Shown here piece by piece: positions 49,972 to 61,838 of a stretch of DNA of 64,000 nucleotides (within the stretch, counting starts at the first letter, position 1; each line of letters opens with the position of its first letter). Both the position numbers and the translations under genes were made by a program. The notes below the pieces were generated by a model. That model was not told where the DNA came from. It worked only from the letters and a program-made list of their open reading frames with translations, and ran no database searches. This DNA is from Dicyema japonicum (taxonomy: Eukaryota; Animalia; Dicyemida). Location of the stretch: positions 175,145-239,144 of the forward strand of contig RDEW01000008.1 of NCBI GenBank assembly GCA_011109175.1, in the 5' to 3' direction.

Positions 49972-52900
49972 TTATTATTTTATTTAAAGCACTCCCGAGA
50001 AGTCATAAAATTAATCAAGCCTCCCTTGTGCCGTATTTCTAGCCATCCTCTCTATCAGCCTTTTCCAGGACCCTCTACTTCGTGCCAGTTCCCTTAAGGT
50101 ATCTAGGTCGTCTGCGGAAGTGAGCTTCAGTCCCACAGCCGACAGGTCTCCATTCAAAATAGTTGGGAGTGTGACTCTTGGTCTTCCACGGAAACCGGCT
50201 CCCGTATGCATTAAGTAGTTTTCCATGGCAATATTCGCGGGTACTTGAGCATTTAGACGTAAGATATGTCCAAAGAGACTCCATCTTGATCTGAAGATCT
50301 CCTCGGATAGTATACCAGATTTGCACTTCGAGTAGAGGTCATTGTTTGAGATCTTCTTAGGCCACTTGATCTTGATTACTGATTTCAATTGTGTCCTGTG
50401 GAAAGCGTCAAGACGGTCCATCTCTTGTTTAGAGATTCCCCAAGTGCCTGAATTGTAGGTCAGGACGGGGATGACAAAAGCCTTATATATTCTGAGTTTG
50501 GTGTTTAATCCCATCCTCTTCTTATGACCCCACATATTCGATACTTTCTTTAGTGCACACATTGCGAGGATTTTCCTCCGAGAAACATCTTCTGAGTCCC
50601 CGAGAAGCGAACCCACCTTCTTTTGCTTTCTCCAAGACTCGTCCGATCTTCGATCATTGCGTGTAAGTGTTGTGAACTCTGTTTTATCGGTGTTAACGGT
50701 TAAGAACCATTTCGAGAATACGTGTGGAAGAACGTTAAGCATGTGTTGAAGTACTTGAATATCCTCAGAAACAAAGTCCAGGTCGTCCGCGTAGATTATC
50801 TCGTTATAATTGTTGCCAACCAGGGGTCTGAACTCTCTTAGTGCGGCCTCAAGGTAGACAATAAAGAGGACCGGGGATAGTGAGTCCCCCTGTGGAACTC
50901 CACGTGAGGTCGAAAAAAAGTTAGAGGTAGAGTCACCAATTTTGACGGCAAGTTGAGTGTTCCGCATGAGTAAGTGTATTATTTTGACATCGTCAGGCAG
51001 TAGAAAACTCTCCAACACTTCCATAAGTTTTCCACGGTCCACCGAGTCGAACGCACGGGACATGTCGATACCAAGTATCTCAATAGATTTTTTGTATTTT
51101 TGGCACAGGGCACAATACCACCTGTGCCCCCATACCACGTCAGCCGTGGACCTGCCCGTCCGGAATCCACTTTGGCCGTCCGAAAGAAATATGTTCACCC
51201 TCTCCTTTATTCGGTTTAAAGCAATGAGGGATAATGTTTTTCGTATGGAGGTTAGGAGTATAATAGGTCTGAAGTTGTGAGGGGGCCTTTACTTTTTCCC
51301 GGTTTTTGTAGTGGAATTAGCCACCCTTTTCCCAGTTCCAGTTCATCTGCACCCTCGAGAGACCGGTTGAAAATGTTAGTAATCATTTCAATTAGCTCCT
51401 CCGGGCCGTATTGTAAAAGTTCTGCAGTAATGAAGTCTGGTCCGGCAGATCTTCCGGTATTTAATTTTTTAATAGCTTGTTGAGTTTCGGATATGGTAAT
51501 AGGGCTAGTTAGAGTGTACTTGTAAGACTTCCGAGATTTCATTGCTTGGTCAGCCGCGTCCTGTTTGTTGAACATAAGGTCAAAATGGGATGCCAGAACG
51601 TTTGCTTTGTTAATGGTCCCGATAACGTCGTGACCAAGGTTGTCATGGACAGTTAACGAAATTGGACAGTTTTCTCTGCTAAGAAGCCGGATTGCTTTGA
51701 ACATTCTTGGTCCGTTCTTGTACTTTAATATGTCTGAGATTTTCTCCTCAGCTTCATTTTTGGCAAGGAATCTTTGTATTTGTTTGATCTTCGTTAAGAC
51801 TCTCCCTCTCTGGGTGCGCAGTACTTTGATATCTTCCGGAGCGTTTGTGTTTTCCATCCGGAGTCTGAGCTCTTTCTGTGTTACAGAGAGTTGTCCGATA
51901 TCCGGATTACATTGTTTGTGACGAGATTTGGTGATGTGACCAAGCACACTAAAGGCTGTGTTTTGGATAGCAACCACTATTTCATCCCATAAGCTGTTTG
52001 TCGGCTGATTTTGGTTAATACTGTTGATGCTATCTCTCAGAACTGCACTATAACGACATTTGGTGGATTCTTCGTAGCGTAACCTCTCAGTGTCGAAACG
52101 TACTGAGGTAAGGCCTTTGTGTTTCCCGTGTATTCCATGGATTCTTTTAAGTACTAGCCGGGCGACCACAAGTTTATGATCGCTACTTGTTTCAAGTCCA
52201 CCGTAAGATCTCGAGTCCTGTAGGAGGGCCTTCTGATGTTGCTTGCAGATAATATAGTCGATCTGATTGTATATATTGACTGTGTTTCCAGATTTGCCTT
52301 TTCTGGTACCAACCCACGTGGTCCTGTGTCTTGCCGGGTGCTTGAAACAAGTGTTGCATATGAGTAGGTTGAATGCCGTGCAAAATTGTATTAATGCCTC
52401 TCCGGGGATGTTACGGCGGTTTCTACCGTGGGATCCAATACACGTTTCACCAGGTCTTGCTTTTCCGGCCCTGGCGTTCCAGTCCCCGGCGATAAAAAGA
52501 AAGTAAGAGGATGAAAGTGAGTTGTACACACTTGTGAGAGTAGAGTAAAACGTATCCAGTTCTTCGATATTCGTTGATACACGTGCTCCGGTTGGGGCAT
52601 ATACATTTATGATGGAGATCACTGAGTTGAGTTTGTTTCCGCATTTGATTTGTAACACCGCGACACGGTCAGATACTGCCCATACTCTTGAGACACAGTG
52701 AAACAAGTGCCGATGAACAGCAAATCCGAGCCCATAGTGCCTGCAGTCTGGTGTGAGGGTCAAAAGGTAAAAATTCTGAAACAGTTCTGCAGATTGTTCG
52801 GTTATTTTCGTCTCTTGCAAACAACAGACAGAGATGTTGTATTTACTCAGATCACGCGTCAATTGTTGTTTCTTGTAGCACTGATTGAGGCCTCGGCAGT

Positions 52901-52988
52901 TGAGGGATCCAAGAGTGAGGGGAGAAACTGGTAAGCAATACGAAGAAGACATAGTGCAAGTAGAGGGACGTCACCACCTCAACCAGTA
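49972..52988 (-). mobile_element. full-length RTE-clade LINE (APE-RT, about 980 aa) with 13-bp TSD and one frameshift
   Basis: TSD ATAGGTTCGTCAT at 49959-49971 and 52989-53001. ORFs 51252-52952 (APE: GSLNCRGL, CCLQETK, AGDWNA, NQIDYI, SDHKLV) and 50011-51198 (RT: QSGFR, DMSRAFD, GVPQGD, YADD) join if one base is added to the G5 run at 51281-51285. Confidence 0.97.
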
Positions 52989-53099
52989 ATAGGTTCGTCA
53001 TAATTTAAAACAATTTTAAAACAAATAAAATAAATTAATTAATAATTATATCTATAATTGAAGTGTGGTGTATCACTAGTAAAAGAGCGAAGAACATCG

Positions 53100-53477
53100 T
53101 GAAAAGTTGAGGTAGAGGAGATCTGTGCAGTATGTAAGATAAATTAATCACTTATGCCTCTAGGTGCATTTGAACTAGAGAGAACAATCAGTTTGGGTAT
53201 TATCGCACAATTGTTCAAGTTCAAAGACATTTCATTAATGTGTTTGAGACGTTTCTGGATAATTCAAAGACGATTCTGGTTAATGAAATAACTTTAAACA
53301 AGTAGGCGATGTCTGGACAAATAATTTTTAATGTTTTTGAAATTACCATCGCAATATCATTTTCAATTAATGATTTTTTGTGGTTCATACCCATTAAATC
53401 TGGTCGCATTAGTGCTAGTCAAGGTCTACTGAGGGCCGCACCTATGCTTGTCGAGAGCCGCGTGTTTGACACGCCTG
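53100..53477 (-). mobile_element. hAT (SPIN/Charlie-like) left end and transposase fragment
   Basis: Reverse strand begins CAGGCGTGTCAAAC, a hAT-type TIR, and reads LKIICPDIAYLFKVISLTRIVFELSRNVSNTL. Confidence 0.6.
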
Positions 53478-54109
53478 TACTAATCGATAGTGATATGTAA
53501 TATGTTGATTATGTTGATTCTCCTTAAATTGTATTTTCTAATATTTTTTAAAAATTATTAAATTTTTATTAAATTATTAATGTATATTTTTTCTAAGTTT
53601 AATAAAAAATCAAAAAAAGTTGAAAAATTTATTCAACGGCGGATTCCTCCAACATACGGTGACATATACTAAAGACACAACCCCACAAGTCATGGAATTG
53701 AATCCAGAACAAGAACTACAGTTTGAAATAAAATCAATGATAGTTGATTTTTTAAATCCCACGTTTTTTTGACAAAAAGAGTCAGAATCTTATTGATTCC
53801 AGGGTGTCCATCAGAATGTTCTTTGATTAAAATTTAATTAATTTTTAATCTCAAATTCACGAACAACGTGCTTGATTAAGCCATCAGATTCTTGCTAAAA
53901 ATAATTGGTCTTCAATCATTCTTAAATTATTGGATCTTCTGATTTTTCGTCTTTCCGATTCAGATGCATCAGCTGGATATTGTGTCTTTTGAGGGTAATA
54001 TCAACTGCATTGTATTCTTGAATAGAAGAAATGTGTAGGGGAGATACCATAAGATTCACAATAATTAAAAAATTTATAATTTAAATATATTTTAATTATG
54101 TGGCAAAAT

Positions 54110-54640
54110 ATTGCATCGATATTACGTCAGAAGACACAATTAAGTCGTACGGTGCCTTCACTTCTATTTTTGCAAAGAATACGGTCTCAAAAACGAAAAG
54201 AGATTAAAAACCCACTTAGTCCAAACAATTATGATGAGTGATTCGGTAGAGATAAGGGTTGATATTTTTATCAAAACCGATATAAACATTGAACACAACG
54301 AGCCTGATTTATTTATCTACGACAAAAAGAAAAATCAAATACTGTTAGTTAAATCAATCAAAATTACCAACAAGTAAAATTCGAAAAATTGAGAAAGTAT
54401 GATCTTTTGTCGAAAGAACTGGAAAATACACCATGCGAAAGTGAGGATTGTCCCAATAGTACTGACTTGAGATGGATTAACCTCACATTCATGGGAACAT
54501 TCCAGATCTCTAAACATAAGCGAAAAAACCTATACGTATATTCAATCATTGGTTATACGTAAAACTTTAGAGTCGATGATTGTTTCATACAGAAATAAGA
54601 CGGGTTTTGTCGAAAGAACTCAAGAGCTAAAAAGGAAATA
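54110..54640 (+). mobile_element. R4-like RLE 3' fragment
   Basis: RRHN*VVRCLHFYFCKEYGLKNEKRLKTHLVQ, HNEPDLFIYDKKKN, KYDLLSKEL, IVPIVLT*DG, YIQSLVIRKTLES. Confidence 0.8.
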
Positions 54641-54699
54641 AATAATATCTATACGCGGATAGATAACAAATAGAATGAATATTCTATTAAAGTTTGTTT

Positions 54700-56100
54700 T
54701 ATTGACAAATACAATGTCCGAAGTATGATTAACATGACTTGTAATTTTTATCTATAAATTTTCTGTTTATTTTTTGATATTAAGATTTCCTTGCGCAAAT
54801 GACTCAATAAGAAATCAGATTAAGATTTTCGATTTGTTATTTTGTACCTTCGTATCTGTGGCTATTGTTGTATCCACTCGAATCTCTACAGACTCGCTTG
54901 CAACAATAGACTTCACGAAGTGTGTATTGAATCTCTTAATCTTCTTAATTATATATTGACAACACAGGTGCAGATGTATGTTTTTAACTACCTCTTTATG
55001 TCTTCGCAGGTAATCTCTGTTTGACACTGTTCCTGCAGAATTGCACTTTTCGCCACTATTGTTTAAAATAAATTACGGTCTTTTATAAGACACGACAATT
55101 CTTCTATCTTGAGAATTGTTCCCACGTGATAACCACTGAGATGATTCTCTAAAGTCGACGTTGTTTCATCCAGACATTCGAAGAGTTCCATGCAATTGCT
55201 TCCTCAGTATTTGTTCCATTCAAGATTTCTCCTGGAGCTCTTTTAGTAAGTCCAGATGCATAACAGCGGATTCTTTATATCTTTGATTGAGGAATTCTAC
55301 GATTGTGCCAATTGTGTTTTCTTTGATTTATCACACGTTGATTCCCTGATTTCTTCAAACAATGATTCGACATCTTTCCAGTCTCGGAAGAATTGTAATG
55401 TATCCTTCAATTTATTGGTAATGGATACCAATCATCTTCCAAGCTTAATAAATCCTATTCTGTGTAAGAAATTTCTATCTACATCTATTCTGTGAGTACA
55501 TTAGTAGCAGATTTTTCGACATTTATTTTAAGTCCAGCGGATTCAAAAAAAGAATCAACTGCCATCATCATAATCGTTGTGTTTTTTTTCTTTCTCGAGA
55601 GAATATTTTATCAGAAGGTGGATTGTTACATAGCTAGAGGATCTAGGGTCATGGTTGTCAATAACCAATATCGCATTTAGTATCATGCTAAGAAGGTCCA
55701 TTGCAAGCACGAAGATCTGCGGTGACAGAGTCACTCTGCAGTATCCCTCTCTTTATGTTGATTTCCCAAATTTTTGATTAAACTTCAATTCAATTTATTT
55801 CGTGATCAAGTTTTCACGAAATCTACAATCTAGTAAGGGGGTCCAGTGTTATGGAGTACCGAAAAAAGTCATGATCAACTGAATCGAAGGCCTTCTTAAC
55901 GTCAATCCACACAGTGGCCAAATTATACATGTAATGGGTCTTATGTCTTTTGGGGTATGGTACACGTCTTTCTTTGGAATAAAATACGTGTTCCAGTGTA
56001 GAACCAGTCATCATGAGTATACCTTCCGTGAATTAACTTGGAGACCTCTTCATAGCGGTGGTCATAAATTGATGTGACTTTTTTGAGAAGTGATGGTTGT
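54700..56100 (-). mobile_element. degenerate R4-like RLE element (RT to CCHC region), tail-to-tail with the 54110 copy
   Basis: VWIDVKKAFDSVDH and DYLRRHKEVVKNIHLHLC...VEIRVDTTIATD. Confidence 0.8.
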
Positions 56101-56204
56101 AAACCCCATAACATCCGCTAGCTCTCCAGTTCGAGCTGTTTAACTACTTCAAGATGATCTCTTTGCTAAACTATGCAAATATGTCTTCTGTAAAAAAACT
56201 GCAC

Positions 56205-56600
56205 TTATAGGCAGAGCCATAGTATCTATAGCTCCGCTCAGGAAGGACACACACTTGATTTAAGTAAAGAACAGTAATTATGACTGATCGTAGAAGGAGA
56301 ACTACAAAATGCTCTTCGCTTCTTTTTTTTTGTTGGATCTATGTCCTTTATAGATGACCCTGGACCGAATCACGCTGCTTTAGATTTTGTCTGGAAGTTC
56401 TACGCATCTACGATACTTTGGTGACGTGACGCAGCTATTAGTGAATATTTCACCTCAAAACCGGATTTTCTAAAAAAAAGAGATGAGCTTTCTTTGGTTA
56501 TTCTTTCTACGATTTGTTATCATAACTGTCCTTCACTTTAATAAAGTGTGTGAATGGGGAGCTAAACGTAATATGATTCTCGCGAAAAAGTGTGGCTTTT
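56205..56600. mobile_element. two diverged SINE fragments in opposite orientation
   Basis: 56205-56335 is the SINE 3' part on the minus strand. 56395-56600 is the core and 3' part on the plus strand (CTACGCATCTACGAT...AATAAAGTGTGTG). Confidence 0.7.
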
Positions 56601-56899
56601 CCCTAGAATAAGTATTATTTAATAAAATATTCATTCATACTTTCCAAATGAATATTTATCAAAAGCTTTGGTAACTGTTCCGTGCTTTAATATTCACCAT
56701 CCTGGCTTAGTGAATTGTTTAATTAACAATCGCAGTCATTCCTTTGTAATTCTCTAAGCGAACAACCTATATGCTTGAGATGGATTTAGACATCCTGTCC
56801 GATCACTTATTAATGAGGTCGAGTAAATAATAAATAAAGATTAAATAACAACTCCAAATAATAACAAAAGTCCAAATAATAACAGAAGCCCAAATTTAA

Positions 56900-57715
56900 T
56901 TAAATAACTAATATTCCCACAAGGAAAATCATTAATTTACCCAATATTGTACGTTTTATAGAACTATCAACATTAGGACCTATAGAAATAAAATTAAATT
57001 TTACTTTTAACTGTATTTTTAGTTGTACAATCAGTTTCTATAAAATAAATTATAATTTTACCATTCAGTGAATAAACTTGTTCATTCTTAGGTATCGTGG
57101 AATCACACGTTGATTCTAATAATTATAATAAATTTAACTTTTTCCAGAAAAACTTGTGCCATTTTTTCCATCAAATAGTTGAAGTTTCATATAATAAATT
57201 TTCGCTTTATAATCCGGGCCAAGTTTTATCAATAAGTTAGGACAGTCAAAGTGAGTATTCTTCGATGCTTTGTTCAAATAATCAGTATCACCACCAGTAA
57301 TCCAATTACCTGAGTTCAAATTATCATATTACCATCGATAAAGATCACGAATTTTTGTATAATAGCCTTTCCATCAACAAAATTTAAATCTAATTGAATT
57401 CCTTTATTATCTGATAATAAAGATATATAATGTTGTGGAGATTTCCCATAGCTAATCGTAGCATTATTCAAATTGATTTCATGAAACTTGGTTTATAACA
57501 CTTAATACATCATCATTTGGATCAATATATGTCAAATTTACGATTCCCTGAAATAAGACGGAGAAGGTCTGATCATTAGACTTTATTGGAATTATCCATG
57601 TAGGGACAGGACAATCGCTCTTTTTATATCCGATGACTTCAGTATTTATTTTTGTAGAGAATAATATATTTATCAAAATCACTATAATTTGGCTATAACT
57701 TGTTATTAGTTTCAT
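56900..57715 (-). CDS. secreted/GPI-like surface protein with one LAMP-like domain; 5 tiny introns; about 230 aa
   Basis: Signal-like N-terminus. Introns 57487-57508, 57310-57332, 57116-57138, 57038-57061 and 56980-57004 give an open frame: ...THFDCPN...YMKLQLFDG...FSGKKSTC.... The C-terminus is hydrophobic, ILGKLMIFLVGILVI*, with no cytosolic tail. Confidence 0.8.
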
Positions 57716-58694
57716 TGATAATAACTTAATCTTTTATATTTATTGTATATTATGTCTAAATAAATAAAATTTAATATTTATAATTTTGTTTTAATTTAAT
57801 AAAAATTAATTTTTTTCAGGATATTTAAATTTTGGTGAATTTAAATGAAAATTAAAATATCTAAAATAATCGTTAACAGTAAATATTAGGTTGAAAATAT
57901 ACACTGAGTAACCTGTCTAATTGAGGTGATTTTAAACAGAGCATTGGACATCAGACTGTTGTTTTCTTACATAAAAATTCTCAAAATTTGATTTTTTTGA
58001 TACGATTTAAAATTATAATGCGATTTAACAAATCCGATATATTTTTTCAAAATATTAGTTATTAAATCATTAATATATATGTTTTAATTTGTAAAATTTT
58101 GTAGAGTGGCATTTGCGAGTGTTTTCTAGACTATTTTTGTGGTCCTTAAGAAGGTTCAAACTTTTTGGTTTTGTTGCAGTACTTATTAGTTCTGTCTTTC
58201 TACTTCTTGTGTTATATTATCTCCGTTTTCTTTGGGTTTGCCTGTCAAGAATAACTGGAATATTCTTCAAGTATCTAGTCTGGTCATTTGAAATATTAAT
58301 TTCTTAAAATGGTCTCGAGATGTGCTCATCTAATTTTTTTAATCTTCGATTTGTCGACCATGCCAATTTTCGATGGTTAAAGGTGATNCTTCCCAACTGT
58401 TACGATATCTCCATCTTTGAAGTCATTTTATGAGCACAGGCAATTTGTCCACATACTTTTTTGAAGCACTAGATAACTCCATCATAGATAAACAGTCCTT
58501 TAAGAAGGCTAAAAAAATATGAACTCAGTCATCTATGCTAGTTCAATGCTTATGCTCAATTATCATTCCTTTCAAAGTTTTCTTCAGTACAAGTGAGAAT
58601 ACGGTTCGTAGTGAGGTATTTACCAATTACGTTGTCACTAGTAAAACTCGTAATACTGTAAAAAGAAGCTGAACTTTTGTTTTTTTTGTTTTTT

Positions 58695-60159
58695 TTAAAC
58701 ACTCCCGGGAAATCAAAAATTAATTAGATTAATTAAGTTCCCCTTGTGCCACGTCCAGTATCCTCCCACACATCCTCTTCCATGTTCCCCTGTTCCGGGC
58801 CATTGCTCGTCTCCCGGGAATTTAAAAATTAATTAGATTAATTAAGTTCCCCTTGTGCCACGTACAGTATCCTCCCACACATCCTCTTCCATGTTCCCCT
58901 GTTCCGGGCCATTGCTCGTAGTGAGTCAAGATCTTCACCATTTCGTAGAGTTTTGTTTATTCGGATTAGGTCATCATTTAGTACTGAAGGCAACGTCACT
59001 CTAGGCTTGCCACAAAATGATCCCTTCAGTTGTGCGAAATGGTTTTCCATTGCAATGTTTGGTAGAGTCAACATATCCATTCGTAAGATGTGACCAAAAA
59101 GTATCCATCTAGCCATGAGAATCTCCTCTGATAATGGCCTTAAGCCACATTTTTTGTACAGTTCTGAATTTGATATCTTTTTCGGGAAATGTATTCTCAA
59201 AATGTTTCTTAGTTGATTTCTATGAAATTGATCCAGATTGTCCATTTCNNNNNNNNNNNNNNNNNNNNNNNNNNNNNNNNNAATGTATTCTCAAAATGTT
59301 TCTTAGTTGATTTCTATGAAATTGATCCAGATTGTCCATTTCACGTTTCGTAATCCCCCATGTCCCACAGTTGTATGTCAGGACTGGAACCACGAATGTT
59401 TTATACAATTTTAGCTTTGTATTCGTAGTTATGCTCTTCTTAGAACGCCAGATAGTTAAAAAATTTTTATATGCAGCAGTGGAAAGGATTTTTCTTTGGG
59501 TAACATCTTCTGAGTCTCCAAGTAGTGAACCAACTTTTTTATGCCTTCTCCATGATTCATCGTAAGTGCGTACAACTCGTAAAAGTTTTGTATATTCAGT
59601 TTTGTCTTGGTTGACAACTAAGAACCATTTAGAAAAGGTAAGTTCTTGAGAAAGTGATGAAGAATTTCAACATCTTCAGAAACAAAGTCAAGATCGTCTG
59701 CATATATTAACTCGATTATTTTGTTGTTCTCAATTAAAAGCCTGAAATCTCTCAGTGCAGCCTCCAGGTAGATTATGAATAGAACTGGTGACAGAGTCTC
59801 CTTGCGGAATTCCACGTGAAGTATAAAAGAATTCTGAAGTAGTTTTTCCGAGTTTGGTTGCTAGTTTCGTATTCTGCAGTAGTTTTTGTATAATTTTGAC
59901 ATCATCCGTTGTTAGGAAGCTTGTGAGTACTTCAAGAAGTTTGCCTTTATGAACTGAGTCAAACGCTCTGGACATGTCTATTCCAAGAACATATATGCAC
60001 TTTTTATATTTTTGGCATAAAGCACTTGATCATCTGTGTGTCCAAATGACATCGGCAGTGGATCTGCCTGACCGGAAACCACTTTGTCCTGGTGACAGAA
60101 AATACTCCACCTTGTCTTTGATTCTTTCCAATGTAATGATTGACAAGATTTTTCGCAGC
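58695..60159 (-). mobile_element. 5'-incomplete RTE copy with N gap and tandemly duplicated 3' end
   Basis: QSGFRSGRS, DMSRAFD, YADDL, YNCGTW and LFGHILR. The last about 110 bp are present twice (58701-58809 and 58810-58919). Confidence 0.9.
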
Positions 60160-60160
60160 N

Positions 60161-60988
60161 AAAAAACGTAGAAAGACATTCGAAGAGGCACCACAAGAAC
60201 CAGACACAGTGGCGCATGGTATATCTTCTTGCATATGACCACAGGCGGGTGGAGACTGATCAAGAGCGTAAATGCAATCCAGTCATCCTTCAACGTCACT
60301 CTAGAACTCCGACCAAACCAATATCTCCGTGCAATCGACAACGGAAAAACTGTTCCTGGCAAAATTCATGAGCTTGGTCTTTAAAATCCTTTACATATTA
60401 GGAGAAGAACCTGATCAAGAAGAGATATTTGCATGTGTGAGGATCGACCATAAAATTGCGCTGAAAACTGGATATGGCAAATATTTGGGAGTCGATCTAA
60501 AAGATCAGAGCGTTGTGGGGATTGCTGATATTTACACTGAAAATGAGATGTGGTGTCCTGTTTTTGAGAATGTAATAAGTTTTTTGACTTTTTAGCACAA
60601 AATGGCTTTGTTTGGTAATAATGGGATGTTTGTGACCTGGTCGGGAATAGAAAATGACCCCATTGCCTGCACCAGCCCCGCTGTGAGCGAAAATGAGGTC
60701 ATTAATGTTGGGGATCTTTGTTATCTGTAGATGAGGACTAATGCGTTAGAATTCTCGAACTTTGAGGATGAGAAGTTCTATGGAACCACATTGAGGGGGA
60801 CAGAATTTAAATTTGTGTATGTCGTTAGTGTGGATTGTAGGCAACAATATCAGAGTTTCTTGAATAGGAAGATCAAGCTAAGTGAAGAAGATCAGACGGC
60901 ACTTGCCCTAGCTGATGAAAAGGGGAAGTTGCATGAGGAAATGCTCAATCGTCGCTGTAAAGTAAAATCTGACAAATTCTGTAGTTGA
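60161..60988 (+). CDS. FRG1: FRG1 (FSHD region gene 1, fascin-like) ortholog, 5' end lost at the n join; 5 tiny introns
   Basis: Introns 60219-60244, 60377-60401, 60572-60595, 60707-60730 and 60817-60840. Spliced product includes KKRRK...GGW, YLRAIDNG, KIALKTGYGKYLGV, WCPVFEN|HKMAL and LHEEMLNRRCKVKSDKFC, matching the FRG1 hallmarks IALKSGYGKYL and LHETLLDRRAKLKADRYC. Confidence 0.95.
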
Positions 60989-61070
60989 TTATTTAACTTT
61001 ATTGATTTTCATGTGAAAGTTGGCTTTAGGTAATTATTTGCTGATTTTTTTCCTAAAAATTTGTAGCTGT

Positions 61071-61082
61071 TTTATTAATAAA
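61071..61082. terminator. palindromic TTTATTAATAAA, possible bidirectional poly(A) signal
   Basis: Gives AATAAA on both strands between the FRG1 stop (60988) and the convergent stop (61126). AT-rich context weakens the claim. Confidence 0.35.
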
Positions 61083-61125
61083 AATCAAAGAGTCACAAGT
61101 AAAAGGTATTATTTTACAACAGCAT

Positions 61126-61700
61126 CTAGCTCAATCTCCTCTTCTTGGGACCAGCCTCTATTGCCCGTTTAGGTTGTTCACGTGACGCCCACTCCGCATT
61201 CAGAGGCTACCCTGGGTTGACATTTTGTGCCATGTTTCTCCTCGCCAGGCATTGATATTACATTCTCCAGCTTGCATATTCTCCATAGTCTTACGCATTA
61301 CTAACGTTTGTGTATATGCTTTCACCATTTCCTCAACCTTGAGGGCATCCAGGTGAACCTTGATGAATCTTGAGACTATTCTCGAATAGTGATATAATAA
61401 TGAAATGGACAAGGCGTATGACAAATTGATGAAGGCATGTAGTAAAATCTTTAGTATCACTATTAACCCCGTATACTCCAATAAAGAAGTTGACAGCTAA
61501 GTGTATCCCGTCACAGAACGTAAAAAGTTTATAGCCGCGTGAGGCCAACGTTAGTGTGGTGCTATGTAGCTACTTGATTGGAGATTTATTTTGTTTCGTA
61601 TGTTTCTCTTCTTCCCTCTTTCATAGAGTGGCTCCCAGTACGAAGGTGACACAAAAAATGATCATTTACTCTCTTCTACTCCACTAAAAGGGTTCTCATA
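61126..61700 (-). CDS. probable unidentified spliced host gene convergent with FRG1 (3' part only)
   Basis: GC-richer, coding-like block with no TE motifs. Terminal frame reads ...EWASREQPKRAIEAGPKKRRLS* (NLS-like). I could not resolve the exon structure. Confidence 0.35.
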
Positions 61701-61838
61701 ACTGCAAGGTCTTNNNNNNNNNNNNNNNNNNNNNNNNNNNNNNNNNNNNNNNNNNNNNNNNNNNNNNNNNNNNNNNNNNNNNNNNNNNNNNNNNNNNNNN
61801 NNNNNNNNNNNNNNNNNNNNNNNNNNNNNNNNNNNNNN

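Noticed and set aside
51252-51290. Programmed ribosomal frameshift in the RTE
   Set aside because: RTE APE-RT is normally one ORF, the lesion is in a homopolymer, and there is no X XXY YYZ slippery heptamer.
59170-59340. Duplication inside the RTE
   Set aside because: It flanks an N gap and is treated as a scaffolding overlap.
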